Assembly: GCA_964016885.1 (NCBI GenBank)
Contig: CAXHJY010000643.1
Coordinates: forward strand, 24,427 to 88,426
DNA length: 64,000 nt
Direction of reading: 5' to 3'
Source: Eledone cirrhosa
Taxonomy: Eukaryota
The position numbers and the translations under genes are program-made. Positions 32,852 through 47,184 of this stretch are shown in pieces. Position 1 is the first letter of the stretch. Each line of letters opens with the position of its first letter. Below the pieces are notes generated by a model. That model saw only the letters and a list, made by a program, of their open reading frames with translations, did no database searches and was not told where the DNA came from.

Positions 32852-33332
32852 TGTGGTCCAATTCGCCATCGAAATTACTAATCCTTCTTCTCTAACTATA
32901 AACATGTCTTTCTGGTTATATAACAATATGTTAGAACAAATTACCAGGAATCCGTGGGAAAATTATTTCTAATAAAACTCGTCCTTGGTTGTGAAATTAT
33001 TGACAACCGTTCATTGTTCTAAAAGTATTCTAGACCAGAGTTCTAAGTAGGAGTAATAGCCCCTATGGCAGGCAGTGATATTGTGACCCTGCCCAGAGAA
33101 AATAACTAGGGAAAATAGCTCCTATGGCAGGTAGTGAAATTGTACCCCTACCCAGCACTGTATGTTTACCTATGGAGGTCTAATAATTTATATAAATGGT
33201 TTAATGATCCAGCCACCATAGTGTTCTCACCCATGATAGAGACAGATCATACATCTGAAGGAGTTTCTTTATTCACTCTCCAACGAGGTTTATTTGACTT
33301 TAAACTTTTGACAATAAACTTTTCAACCGACC

Positions 33333-33379
<47 letters not shown>

Positions 33380-33462
33380 TATATATATATACACATACTT
33401 ATAAACATATATATATATACTTATATACACACATATATATATACATATATAGTAAGGTGCAT

Positions 33463-33531
<69 letters not shown>

Positions 33532-33840
33532 GAAAGAGAAACATGTTTATAGTTAGAGAAGATTTGTTTGGTCATAGATTCTTTTCTTGACCTCTGATTG
33601 ACCTCTTAATATAATCCTTGACCACCCATCTCTTGACAACCCATCCCTTGACAACCCATTCCTGATAGACCTCCAAATAGAATCAGTCCCCTTCCCAATA
33701 CCTGGTATGTACAAAAATAAATTAGTGAATAAATAAATAAATAAACAGCTGACACCCTCCGTAAGATCTGAATGACCATCTGAGGAAGTATCCCCCCACG
33801 AGGTGGGGTGGGTGTTGAAGCCGGTGTCGCTGGTCATTGT

Positions 33841-34157
33841 GGTCCTAGGGCCAAGGACCAGAAGCCGGTGGTGGTGAGTAGGGAGGTGGTCCTAGGATCA
33901 AGGACGCCTGAAACCGATGGTGGTGAGTAGGGAGGTGATTCTGGGGCCAAGGACACCAGAAGCTGATGGTGGTGAGTAGGGAGGGGGTCCTAGGGCAAGG
34001 ACATCAGAAGCCGATGGTGACGAGTAGGGAGGGGGTCCTAGGGCAAGGACACCAGAGGTCGATGGTGGTAAGTAGGGGGGGTCCAAGGGCCTAGGACACC
34101 AGAGGTCAATGGTGGTAAGTAGGGGAGTGGTCGTACGGCTAAGCACACCAGAAGTTT
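33841..34157. repeat. 46-49 bp GC-rich minisatellite, ~6.5 copies
   Basis: GGTCCTAGGGC(C)AAGGACACCAGAAGCCGATGGTGGTGAGTAGGGAGG unit. Confidence 0.9.
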
Positions 34158-34481
34158 CCACAGCTACGGGCTCGACTGCAAACCTGTCAGAGAGCGAACA
34201 ACATTTGGAGAGTTTACCCTCCTCGGCCCGAAGTGCAGCAGAACCTGGATTAGTCTGTTAACTGTTTAACTATCAACTATAAACACTAATGATCTTATAA
34301 ATCGGAAACCTGTATAAGCAAGTTGTATTTTTATTGTTTTATCTCCGTCCACTTCTCTCACAAGTGTCGGATTTTCGGGCCAAAAGTTCACTTGACCAAC
34401 TGAGAGCAGTCAGTCGCATTGCCATTGAACGTGGCCGGTATCGACCAGCTTGGGTACATCTGCACTAAATACATAGGCTGT

Positions 34482-35636
34482 TAGTAGTATAGTATAGTGT
34501 GGTATGGTATAGTAGGGTATAGTATAGTACAGTACAGTATAGTACAGTGTAGTGCAGTATGGTGTGGTATGGTATAGTAGGGTATAGTATAGTACAGTAC
34601 AGTATAGTACAGTGTAGTACAGTATAGTATGGTATGGTATGGTATAGTGTAGTATAGTATGGGATAGTATAGTATAGTATTGTATAGTACAGTATAGTAT
34701 AGTACAGTATAGTATAGTATGGTATGGTTATGGTATGGTATAGTATAGTACAGTATAGTACAGTACAGTATAGTATAGTACAATATAGTATAGTATAGTA
34801 CAATATAGTATAGTACAGTATAGTATAGTATAGTATAATATAGTATAGTATAGTATGGTATGGTATAGTATAGTATAGTATATTACAATATAGCATAGTA
34901 TAGTACAGTATAGTATAGTACAGTATAGTATAGTACAGTATAGTATAGTACAGTATAGTATAGTACAATATAGTATAGTATAGTATAGTACAGTATAGTA
35001 TAGTACAGTACAGTATAGTATAGTACAATATAGTATAGTATAGTATAGTACAGTATAGTATAGTACAGTACAGTATAGTATAGTACAATATAGTATAGTA
35101 TAGTACAGTATAGTATAGTATAGTACAATATAGTATAGTATAGTACAGTATAGTATAGTACAGTATAGTATAGTATAGTATGGTATGGTATAGTATGGTA
35201 TGGTATAGTATAGTATGGTATGGTATAGTATAGTATATTACAATATAGTATAGTATAGTACAGTATAGTATAGTACAGTATAGTATAGTACAGTATAGTA
35301 TAGTATAGTATAGTATAGTACAGTATAGTACAGTACAGTATAGTATAGTACAATATAGTATAGTATAGTATAGTATAGTATAGTACAATATAGTATAGTA
35401 TAGTACAGTATAGTATAGTATGGTATGGTATAGTATAGTATAGTATAGTACAGTACAGTATAGTATAGTACAGTACAGTATAGTATAGTACAGTACAGTA
35501 TAGTATAGTATAGTATAATATAGTATAGTATAGTATAGTACAATATAGTATAGTATAGTACAGTATAGTATAGTACAGTATAGTATAGTACAGTATAGTA
35601 TAGTATAGTATAGTATAGTATAGTATAGTATAGTAT
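34482..35636. repeat. (TAGTA)n pentanucleotide satellite
   Basis: TAGTA/CAGTA/TGGTA units over ~1.15 kb. Confidence 0.95.
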
Positions 35637-37199
35637 GGACCCGTAATTCCTGAAGGAACCGTAGAGGGCGCTATATCAACATACAGCGTTTCTAGGACAC
35701 TGTTAGGTGTTTCAGTTGTTATTCTTTAAGTCTGAGAGGTATGTGGGGGAGGGGGGTTCCAGCGTTCTTGGCCCCCTGGACCTACTGGCTGCTATCGGGT
35801 TAGGGCGGGGGGGAGTAGAGGTAGCTACCCGCAAGTTCGAGGCCCACCAGGTGGAGTGAGGTTGTCCCAGCACCTCTCCTTAGCCAATAATTCCGAGGGC
35901 AAAGTCTTCTCCTCCTACCTGTCGGCCATTGGGACCACGAGGCCGGCTGACCCTTAAACAGTGAGTGGTATATACTGGTCTCACACACACACACACATAC
36001 TACACCTATATACACACATACACACACTCGCATACTTTCACACTCACACCTATATACATACATACATACATACACACTCACACTCTGACACACATACTCA
36101 CACCTATATACACACTCTCACACACTCTCACACACTCTCACACACTCTCACACACTCACACACTCTCACATACTCTCACACACTCTCACACACTCACACA
36201 TACTCTCACACACTCTCACATACTCTCACACACTCTCACATACTCTCACACACTCACACATACTCTCACACACTCTCACACACTCTCACATACTCTCACA
36301 TACCCTCACACACTCACACACTCTCACACATAGAAAGAGAGAGAGAGAGAATATTATTTCATGTGTATAATTCCCATATATAAACAAAAATAATATCAGT
36401 CAATATAAACATTATTCTCTCTTTCTCTCGCTCTCGCTCTCTCTCTCTCTCTCTCTCTCGCTTTCGCTCTCGCTCTCGCTCTCTCTCTTTCGTTATTCTC
36501 ACAGAATAACAACCTAGGAAACGAGGGATTGTAGCTTTAGGGTTAGAATTAGGGTTAGGGCTCTTGGGTGTGTTTTATTTTATTTTATTTGTATGTTTGG
36601 TAGTTCTGAAGGAAGGGTCTTATGCGCTGCCTATAATATGTTGTTAGCTCCGAAAAAAGAGGCCATGCTAGCTCAGAAGGAAAGAGGCCTATGCTATGCC
36701 CATAACATTTTGCTAGGTCTGAAAGAAAGGGGCCCACGCTATGCCCATAACATTTTGGCGCCCAATTGTGTAGTCAAATATTAGGATCAGGTCACTGTCT
36801 CCCGTCCCAGTCGTCTCAGAATCCCCCCCTCCCCCAACAAGGGTCGTATCTACTTGCCCTTCTTCCCCTATCGATTGCTGACAGATTTGGGGTAGAACTC
36901 GTCGAATAGGACCAAGGAAATAATGTTTCCATTGGTCTTGTCATTGTTGATATTATCCATTGGTCGTAATTGTTGGTAAATCTGTTACAAATCATTCACT
37001 GACATTATCAAGCCTTATCTCTACAGACAGGTTGTCTCCTCTCTCTATTCTACCGCAACTACAACGGTCTCTGCTCCTCAGAACTGGTGGTCTCCTACTA
37101 TCACCACCTCAGTCTCTGGACCACAGACAGATTATCTCACCTTTCCATATCTACCACTATATATAGCGGAGTTTTAAATAAACCTGAATCAACTGAATA

Positions 37200-37315
37200 T
37201 GGCCTTCGATCTTTTGCCGAGGTTAACTTTGCCTTTCATCCTTACGGGATCGATAAAATAAAGTACCAGTAATACACTGGGGTAATTGCTGGCCTTGTGC
37301 CAAATGTAGAAACAA
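37200..37315 (+). mobile_element. tRNA-derived SINE, 5'-truncated
   Basis: GCCGAGGTTAACTTTGCCTTTCATCC..GTACCAG..GCTGGCCTTGTGCC. Confidence 0.85.
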
Positions 37316-37359
37316 TTAATATATACATATATATATATATTATCCCGGGTTCAATCGGG

Positions 37360-37410
37360 GGCTTCCTGATGATTTCTCCCGAATGAAACAGTTCTAGTGC
37401 TGTAGAAGCC
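37360..37410 (+). ncRNA. Type I hammerhead ribozyme (family C, intact core)
   Basis: GGCTTC-CTGATGA-TTTCTCCCGAAT-GAAA-CAG(TTCTAGTG)CTG-TA^GAAGCC; preceded by an inverted piece of the element's 3' end. Confidence 0.85.
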
Positions 37411-37743
37411 TTTCTATATTAAACATATATATATATACTACCACTATCACCACACCACCACCTCTACCTCAATCAACGCCATCATCACCACTACCATCAC
37501 CATCTCTACCACCAACACCACCATCACCACTACCACCACCACCACTATCTCCTCCTCCCACCACCACCACTATCTCCTCCTCCCACCACCACCACTATCT
37601 CCTCCTCCCACCACCACCACTATCGCCTCCTCCCACCACCACCACTATCATCTATTCAAATCAAGACAACTTCCTCTCCCATCGATAAAACCATCTTACT
37701 GTTAACTGTCGGCATCCAAACACACACATACACACACACACAT

Positions 37744-37792
<49 letters not shown>

Positions 37793-37797
37793 TACAT

Positions 37798-37828
<31 letters not shown>

Positions 37829-38182
37829 TACACACACACACATACACACACACACATATATACACACACACACATACACATACACACACACATACATTCA
37901 CATACACACACATACATTCACATACACACACACATAAACATACATATGCACAACGTATATATGTGCATACATACATACATACATACATACATACATACAC
38001 ATATAAATATGTGCATTGACGCATACATACATATATATATATATGCAACAAACATAGATGTATAATTATGCACACCTATATTCTTCATATACACACATGT
38101 ACGCATGCAAAATGACATTTATGTATACATGTATGTTTATATATATTTGCTCATATATATTTGCACACATACACACACACAT

Positions 38183-38217
<35 letters not shown>

Positions 38218-38218
<1 letters not shown>

Positions 38219-38336
38219 TGAAAAATTGAACGGGAACAAAACAGAGAGGCAGTACGAACAAAGGTTTATTAGTTTCACGCTTTTGAGAGTGGGGTGGTGG
38301 TGGGGAACGACGTTTCGGGCATAAGCCCTTCTTCAA
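38218..38336 (-). mobile_element. Family M element starting with a minimal hammerhead (5' stem I strand lost)
   Basis: Minus TTGAAGA-A-GGGC(TTAT)GCCC-GAAA-CG-TC^GTTCCCC. Confidence 0.65.
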
Positions 38337-39195
38337 ATATATATATATGTATGTATGTATAGTGCATGCAAGTGGTAATACTAATACGTATTATACATAA
38401 ACACTCACTCCATTTAACTATGAGATGAGACTAGATGTTATTATAAAGCTTAACAAAACAGTCCCTAGTGCATTACAGGTACAGATAATTGATTATATGA
38501 AATACTGTTCTGTCAGGCAGCTACTGTAGCAATGTTGATTGAAAGGGGTGGCTATGGCCGGTGTAGTGGTTCGCCAAACGACACCGGTAAGGTAATATTT
38601 GAACACACAGTGAACGAGAGAACGACCAGCTAGTAAAACAAAAGACTGGAATACACAAGGCCGGCTGTCTGATAGCTCCGCCCTCTTACAACAGACTCCG
38701 TACTACAGGGACATGTGTTAAGGTGTGTGTAGATATGTGTGTGTTTGTGTGTATACATGCACACACATTATATATATATATACACATACATTATATATAT
38801 ATATATACACAGACATTATATATATATATGCACACGCAGATAAATACATCAACTAATTGCAAATACATAAATGTGCGTATGTGTTTTGAATGCATGTATG
38901 TGTGTGTGTGTGTGTGTACATATATATATGTATATATGTGTGTGTGTACATATATATACATATATGTGTGTGTACATATATATATACATGTGTGTGTGTG
39001 TACATATATAAACGTGTGTGTGTGTGTGTACATATATATATATATATACATGTGTGTGTGTGTACATATATATACATGTGTGTGTGTGTACATATATATA
39101 TATGTGTGTATGTGTACATATATATACATATACGTGTGTGTGGGTGTGACCACACAAGGATTTATATATAGAGAGATAATGATGGATAGATAGAT

Positions 39196-39244
<49 letters not shown>

Positions 39245-39393
39245 AAAAACATGGGGAGAAGAATACTGCATGGTTGCACATGGATTACATATTATAAAAT
39301 TAGTCCCTCATCAGTGATTTGCCAACGATCATTGGTATTTCATCGCATTATTTATATATATATATATATATATAAATATATGTGTGTACACCT

Positions 39394-39446
<53 letters not shown>

Positions 39447-39489
39447 GTGTGTATAATACATATATGCATGAATATTTTCTTGTGCAAAG

Positions 39490-39634
39490 ACGCTGGGCAG
39501 TTGCCCGGGGGTCCCACGAGGATAGGGGACCCATTTGTATTTTTATTCCTGTGAGTGGTTGTGTAGGTAGGGGCCCCAGTGCTCTGCTTTGCCCGGGTGG
39601 GGCGGGGGGCTATAATGCTATTAAGACGACCCTG
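39490..39634. mobile_element. hAT-type MITE right end
   Basis: Terminal TTAAGACGACCCTG and subterminal TTGCCCGGG/GGGGCCCC motifs. Confidence 0.5.
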
Positions 39635-39729
39635 CAGAGATATACACTTACACACACTCACACATACAACCTGCAGATATACACACACTCATGTGTGTAT
39701 GTGCGTGTGTGTGTATGTGCATGCGTAAG

Positions 39730-39776
<47 letters not shown>

Positions 39777-39941
39777 ATGCGTAAGTAGGTGTGTATGAGT
39801 GTGTGTATATGTGTGTGTGTGTGTGAGTGTATGCACAGACGGACATTACACAATTCCGGATATTTATATATACATAAACAAGAGTGTTGTATATATCTAT
39901 ATATCTATATATATATATCTATATAGATATATATATATAAA

Positions 39942-40028
<87 letters not shown>

Positions 40029-40189
40029 CTATTCTGAGCATTGTTGACAGATCTGGAAAAACCAAGTGTATATGCGTGTAAAACGTGTGTGTGTGTGCAT
40101 GTGTGTATGTATGTGTGTGTAAATATATTACACACACATACATACAATGTGCGTGTAAATATATATTTAGACACATTCATACATTTGCT

Positions 40190-40238
<49 letters not shown>

Positions 40239-40398
40239 CAGATAGATAGATAGATCCACGGATGCATATATATATATATAGAGAGAGAGAGAGATGCGTG
40301 TATGTATAGTGTGTATACATGAATCATAAAACATGCATGTATGTATGTATATATGCATGAGTATTTTTTACACACACATATATATATATACATAATTG

Positions 40399-40457
<59 letters not shown>

Positions 40458-40520
40458 ATATATACGTATATGTTCATATGTATAATGTGCATATGCATAT
40501 TTCGCGCGCACGTATATATT

Positions 40521-40558
<38 letters not shown>

Positions 40559-41003
40559 TTTCTATGCATATATACATATATGTTTGATATAAACCAACTA
40601 CAACAACAATGACAGCGGTAAAATGTGTAACAACAACAACAACAACACCAACTGCAATAAGAAACATTTAAAATACTATTAAAAGCAAAACAAGAAAAGC
40701 ATTTCTTTGTCGGTGTTTTTAAACATATCATCTTTAACTCACCTATATCACAGAATCAGGTATCTTCTTCCAGGTAGTTCCCTTGAAATTGTGTGTATAT
40801 ATATATATATACACACATAGATATATGTCTGTGTGTGTGTGTGTGTATACACGTGTGTGTGTTTGTATGTATATTGATGTTTTAGTGTATCTATTTATAA
40901 ATATATATTAGTATATATGTATATATATATATGTGCATATATTTATGTGTGTATATATATATATATATATATAATGATGTATATATATATATATATATAT
41001 ATA

Positions 41004-41067
<64 letters not shown>

Positions 41068-41420
41068 ATGATGTATATATATATATATATAATGATGTAT
41101 ATATATTATATATGCCTGTATCTGTGTATATATGAATCTAAGTATGTAAGTCCACAAAGAAAAGTACTGGTCTTCTTACAAGAGTATTTAAATGTTTAAT
41201 ATTTATGTTTGACTGTCTTGAATGTTGTCTTAATGTAAACCCTTCTCTCTATCCATCTATCTATCTATCTATCTCTATCTATCTATATATCTATCTCTAT
41301 CTGTCTATCTATCTATCTCTATCTGTCTATCTATATCTCTGCTTAATAAAGAAAATATTTACGATGTTCTTCCCGCAAGTTATTAAACATTTGTGTTATA
41401 ATAACTGTGTTGTTGATAGT

Positions 41421-41473
<53 letters not shown>

Positions 41474-42558
41474 TGTGTGTGTGTGTGTGTGTGTGTCTGT
41501 GTGTGTGTCTCCGGGTACAAAAGGAATTGCCAAGCCAGCGGACTGAACTTGACTGAACGAATGGGAGAATGCGAGTAGATGTGGGAAAGAGAGGCAGAGA
41601 GAGAGATACAGAGAGGGTGACTGTCAGAGAGAGAGTGAGAGTGACTGACAGAGAGAGAGACTGACAGACAGAGAGAGAGAGAGTGAGTGTGACTGACAGA
41701 TAGAGAGAGAGAGAGAGACTGACAGATAGAGAGAGAGTGTGAGAGTGACTGACAGATAGATAGAGAGAGAGAGAGAGAGAGACTGACAGATAGAGAGAGT
41801 GTGAGAGTGACTGACAGATAGAGAGAGAGAGACAAAGAAACAGAGAGTTTAAGAGAGGGGAGTGTTTAAACGATTATAGTGTATGTATGTATATGTTTAT
41901 ATATATATATGTGTTGTATGTTTATATATATATATGTATGTGTGGTTATATACATATATATAGGTGTGTGTATGTATAGATATATGTGTATATAAATGTG
42001 TGAGTCAATACACTCTACAATATTTTACACATTTTCAAAAAGTTTTAAATAAATATTCATTATCAAATAATTAACTAATGGTTGTTGTTGTTGTTACTGT
42101 TGTTGTTACTGTTGTTACTGTTGTTGTTGTTGTGACTGTTGTTATTGTTGTTGTGACTGTTGTTGTTACTGTTGTTATTGTTGTTGTTGTTGTTGTTATT
42201 GTTATTAATTCATTTCATATTTCATAATTATTTCCTCTTTGTTATATTAAACCATACAAATATATTAAATTATATATTGTTTCATATTATATTATATTAT
42301 ATATTATATTATATTATATTGTATTATATTATATTATATTATATATGTATTTTACTGCATATTTACCCTTTCATCCTCTCCCCCTCCCCCCCCCCCCCAC
42401 ACACACACGCACACGCACACGCGCGCGCACTAACCCTATCTTTTTTTTACGCTCTCTTGTTACCCGCGCGCTATACGAATCTCTCTCTCTCTATATATAT
42501 ATATATGTATATACCGAGAGAGAGAGAGGGGGGGATAGAGAAAAAGAGAGAGAGAGAT

Positions 42559-42717
42559 GATTTCTACACGACAAGAACTGTTTCATTACTTCTGATTTCT
42601 TTCGAACGAAACAGTTCTAGTCCTGTAGAAGCTATCTCTGTACTAAATCTGATGTTTACACTCTACTAATGTATTGAGTACCTTACTGACTGTGGTTACC
42701 CCTGATTGAACCCGAGA
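42559..42717 (+). mobile_element. Family C element with short inverted hammerhead piece
   Basis: AGAACTGTTTCATT (antisense) then GAAACAGTTCTAGTCCTGTAGAAGC and family C tail. Confidence 0.75.
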
Positions 42718-42910
42718 TACACACACACACATGACTAAGCTGTAACTTCGAAGTCACTGCCAGTTTTCTACTTAGTAAATCTCTACTCTCCCAACACAAC
42801 ACAAAAATTGGGGCTCGTTTGGTTGTTTTAAAAGATACTACAGTGTTTTGTAAGACAACTTTCTCTCTCTCTCTCTCTCTGATAACTATCTTTCTCTCTC
42901 ACGCACACAT

Positions 42911-42973
<63 letters not shown>

Positions 42974-42978
<5 letters not shown>

Positions 42979-43088
42979 AAAATATTCAAGACCCCGGGGT
43001 GTTGAATATTTTCCTATTACCCACTCTAAGTATTGAGTACTCTGGTGCGTTATGGTCCATCTGGTTCCTTACCACAATTCCCTTGTTA
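42974..43088 (+). mobile_element. Family J element with fold-back centred on CCCC|GGGG
   Basis: ATAGGAAAATATTCAAGACCCC|GGGGTGTTGAATATTTTCCTAT then family J tail. Confidence 0.85.
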
Positions 43089-43400
43089 TATATATATATA
43101 TATACAAAGCAGAGTATATATATATAAGTATTGAATACTTAGTTCAATACTTATATATATATATAAAGTATTGAACTAGTATATATATATATATAAGTAT
43201 TGAACTAGTATATATATATATATATATATACTAGTTCAATGTATATTTAATCTTGATAATTTGTATAATTTTGTATAATTTTGTACATAGATCTGTTGAA
43301 TATGCATACCAATTATAACACATATATACCCTAGAAACGATCGTTAAATAATGAACTTTTTTTGTTTAATATAAGGAATTGTTTATTCATTATTTGTTTA

Positions 43401-43451
<51 letters not shown>

Positions 43452-43502
43452 TAGTTCAATACTTATACAGCTCTCAAGGGAATGATCGTAGCATATTCTA
43501 CA

Positions 43503-43548
<46 letters not shown>

Positions 43549-43549
<1 letters not shown>

Positions 43550-43612
43550 TCTGCTATGTATTGAGTACCTTACTTACTGTGGTTACCCTCGATTGAACCC
43601 GGGGTAAACTTA
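43549..43612 (+). mobile_element. Family C 3' fragment
   Basis: CTCTGCTATGTATTGAGTACCTTACTTACTGTGGTTACCCTCGATTGAACCCGG. Confidence 0.8.
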
Positions 43613-43718
43613 TCTATCTATATATTGTGTGGTGTCTCTCTCTCCTCTCTCCTCTCTCTAACAATGCTACACTCTACTTCTATCTATCTTTCTTTCGTTC
43701 CTTCTGTATATATGTATT

Positions 43719-43760
<42 letters not shown>

Positions 43761-43904
43761 AGCCTGGCTGACTATCAGTCTGCTTGTATAAAACATTTCC
43801 GTAATTGCCTGTCTGTCTTTCTTCCTTCTTCAATTTAATTACTCTCTCTCCCTCTCCTCTTCTCTCTCTCTCTCTCTCTCTCACTCTCTCTCTGTGTGTC
43901 CCAA

Positions 43905-44060
43905 AGCTCTGATACCATCAACACTATAACCACAGAGCTGGCATATCTAAGAACTGACTAACTGCCTGATGAGGTCATAGCCATTCAATGGCTTTCATCG
44001 AAATATATATATAAGCAATAAATAAAGGATTATGAGTTCATGCAATTGACTTATGTTTTG

Positions 44061-44064
<4 letters not shown>
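43905..44064 (+). mobile_element. Family A element (copy 2) with hammerhead at 43961-44019
   Basis: Reverse complement of 646-801. Confidence 0.85.
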
Positions 44065-44126
<62 letters not shown>

Positions 44127-44249
44127 TTCGTCCACATGTCTGAATGAAGGGCCAGTTTAAAAGTGCCTCCTCCATTTTACAGTGGTGGCCATAAATGGAC
44201 CCCGAAACCATTGGTAGTACATACATGTTAAGTGTATGACACTCTGTTT

Positions 44250-44454
<205 letters not shown>

Positions 44455-44526
44455 GGTTCACCACTGGATACAATTGGTCATTCCGTATAGCCAACCACGG
44501 TGTAATATTAGGAAAAGCACTCGACG

Positions 44527-44575
<49 letters not shown>

Positions 44576-44905
44576 GCCCTTTCAGGGTATAGGTCTGTAC
44601 CTCTTCCTTGTGCAGTATGAACCTGGTGAATTACGTAGGGCTTCAGTTTCCGTTAGGAGAGACAGACAGGGCGGTGGGGGTCTATTGATATATTTGTTCA
44701 TCCGTTTCGTCCCTCTTCAATTCTTCTCCCTTCTCTCTATCTTTGATCGTCTTTTGTCTGTTTTATTTGAAAAAAAAAAGGGAGCAGGCCGATAACTCTA
44801 GATTTGTCCCCTTTTATTTCTCATATCTTCTCTCCATCTTACATTACCTCTTTATTTCCTCTTTCTCCCTTATTATATATATATACATATTATATATATA
44901 TATAC

Positions 44906-44954
<49 letters not shown>

Positions 44955-44975
44955 TATATATATATATATATATAC

Positions 44976-45067
<92 letters not shown>

Positions 45068-45559
45068 TATATATATATATATATACATATTATATATATA
45101 TATATACATATTATATATATATATATACATATTATATATATATATATATACATATTATATATATATATATATACATACATATATATATATTACCGATTCC
45201 CTAGAGAATAAGGGTTCGACTGCTATGTATCAGAGGGGGGGGGGAGCCTCTCCTTGTAATCGATAATACAGTAGTTAGGGAACACAAACATGTGTAGGGA
45301 TGGACTATCAATAAATATCTTTCGTTTCAGTCGTTTTTGGGGGGGGAAATAAAGAGACGTCTTTGTCACTGTAGCCTAGAATAGACCAAACGTCTTTCCA
45401 ACATGTCTTCCACGCCATCTTCCGGGTCAGCCATTCTGTCTTCTAGGACCAGTAGGGAGGAGGGGGAGGGGGAGAATATACGCATGGCCCTCTTACACTC
45501 TCACATCGGAGATCGCTTCCCCACCCTTTCCTTACTCCGTCTAGGTCCTGACTCTTTGC

Positions 45560-45640
45560 TTATTACCCGCTCTACTACCACCCGTATTGAGTACTCTGGT
45601 GCGTTATGGCCCATCTGGTATCTTACCACACCCTCTTTAT
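45560..45640 (+). mobile_element. Family J 3' fragment
   Basis: TATTACCCGCTCTACTACC..GTATTGAGTACTCTGGTGCGTTATGG. Confidence 0.75.
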
Positions 45641-45646
45641 ATATAC

Positions 45647-45709
<63 letters not shown>

Positions 45710-45827
45710 TCTTACTGGTAATAAGATAGTAATTAATGACTATCTTTCACTATTTAAGGTTTGTATAAAAAAAATATATTACCATAAAAGGTTTTATTAC
45801 ATACATAACCATAAATAGTATCCTTAA

Positions 45828-45873
<46 letters not shown>

Positions 45874-45934
45874 TGTGTGTGTGCTTGTGTGTGTTTGTTT
45901 GTGTTAAGATAATTTACCTCTGAATGGGTTTACT

Positions 45935-46000
45935 GGGATCGTCCTACCCATGCTAGTGTGGAAAATGGACGTTAAACGATGATGATGATGACAGTGATGA
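45935..46000 (+). mobile_element. Cephalopod SINE/RTE-type 3' tail (also 52067-52115 -)
   Basis: CCCATGCTAG(T/C)GTGGAA..GGACGT(T/A)AAACGATGATGAT. Confidence 0.7.
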
Positions 46001-46013
46001 AGATGATATATAT

Positions 46014-46083
<70 letters not shown>

Positions 46084-46211
46084 GAGAAAAAAAACGAGGA
46101 AATTTCATTTACATATATATTTTTCGTTGATATGAATATATATAAACAGTGAGTGTGTTCTGTTATTTCTGGGAATATTAGAACAATATGACTCTCCTCA
46201 AGTATAACAAT

Positions 46212-46275
<64 letters not shown>

Positions 46276-46572
46276 TTACTTCAAACATATAGGAGGGTCG
46301 GCTGAAAGGTTCATAAGTTGACCAAGATACTCTCATGGAATGACCAAATGACGTTGTGGTTTTTTTCGACATAGTTCCACTGGAAAGAAACACTGTAGTT
46401 ATTATTAATACGAAGAGTTGAAATTAATGTCATGCAAGATTTTACAGCTCTATCATCACTCCTTCATAGTCAGCCAATGTAAGTGGACCGGATAAGTACT
46501 TGCAATAGTTTAAGTAATGTTAGTCGAATGTTGTAGTACCAAATGTTTGTCAGAGAAATTCACTTGACAGAA

Positions 46573-46896
46573 TCCTCAAACCACCTGCCCCTACTTACTG
46601 CTATCAGAGGTAGAGTTCTGGTTTCTGGGTCCTCAGACCACCTGCCCCTACTTACTGCTATCAGAGGTAGAGTTCTGGTTTCTGGGTCCTCAGACCACCT
46701 GCCCCTACTTACTGCTATCAGAGGTAGAGTTCTGGTTTCTGGGTCCTCAGACCACCTGCCCCTACTTACTGCTATCAGAGGTAGAGTTCTGGTTTCTGGG
46801 TCCTCAGACCACCTGCCCCTACTTACTGCTATCAGATGTAGAGTTCTGGTTTCTGGGTCCTCAAACCACCTGCCCCTACCTACTGCTCTCAGAGGT
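46573..46896. repeat. 57 bp minisatellite, ~5.6 nearly identical copies
   Basis: Unit starts at 46573, 46630, 46687, 46744, 46801, 46858. Confidence 0.95.
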
Positions 46897-47142
46897 GTAC
46901 AGTTGGCCAAGCTCAAGAGTGAGCCTCTAGAAGTAAACTGCTGACATGTCAAACCTACAGCGGAATGGTGACTTCTGGTGTTCTGGGTCTCCGAACGACC
47001 CCACCTCCCCCTACTCACTGTTATCTGGGGTGAAGTTGGCCACCCGTAAGACCCTTGCCAGTTGCTATGGCTATTTCAACGCCTTTCCCTCGCTCGCCAT
47101 CCTCCGGAGTATTCTGTCCACACACACACTCACAAACACATG

Positions 47143-47184
<42 letters not shown>

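Noticed and set aside
35860-35962. Twister or HDV-like ribozyme (minus TTTAA..GGTCCCAA..GGAGGAG; CCTCGTGG..GGCTAA)
   Set aside because: The required P2 and pseudoknot pairings cannot be formed.
36536-36560. Interstitial telomeric TTAGGG repeats
   Set aside because: Only three to four imperfect units.
46573-46896. CRISPR-like or protein-repeat interpretation of the 57 bp array
   Set aside because: No unique spacers, no cas genes, eukaryotic context; the open frame follows from the unit length being divisible by 3.
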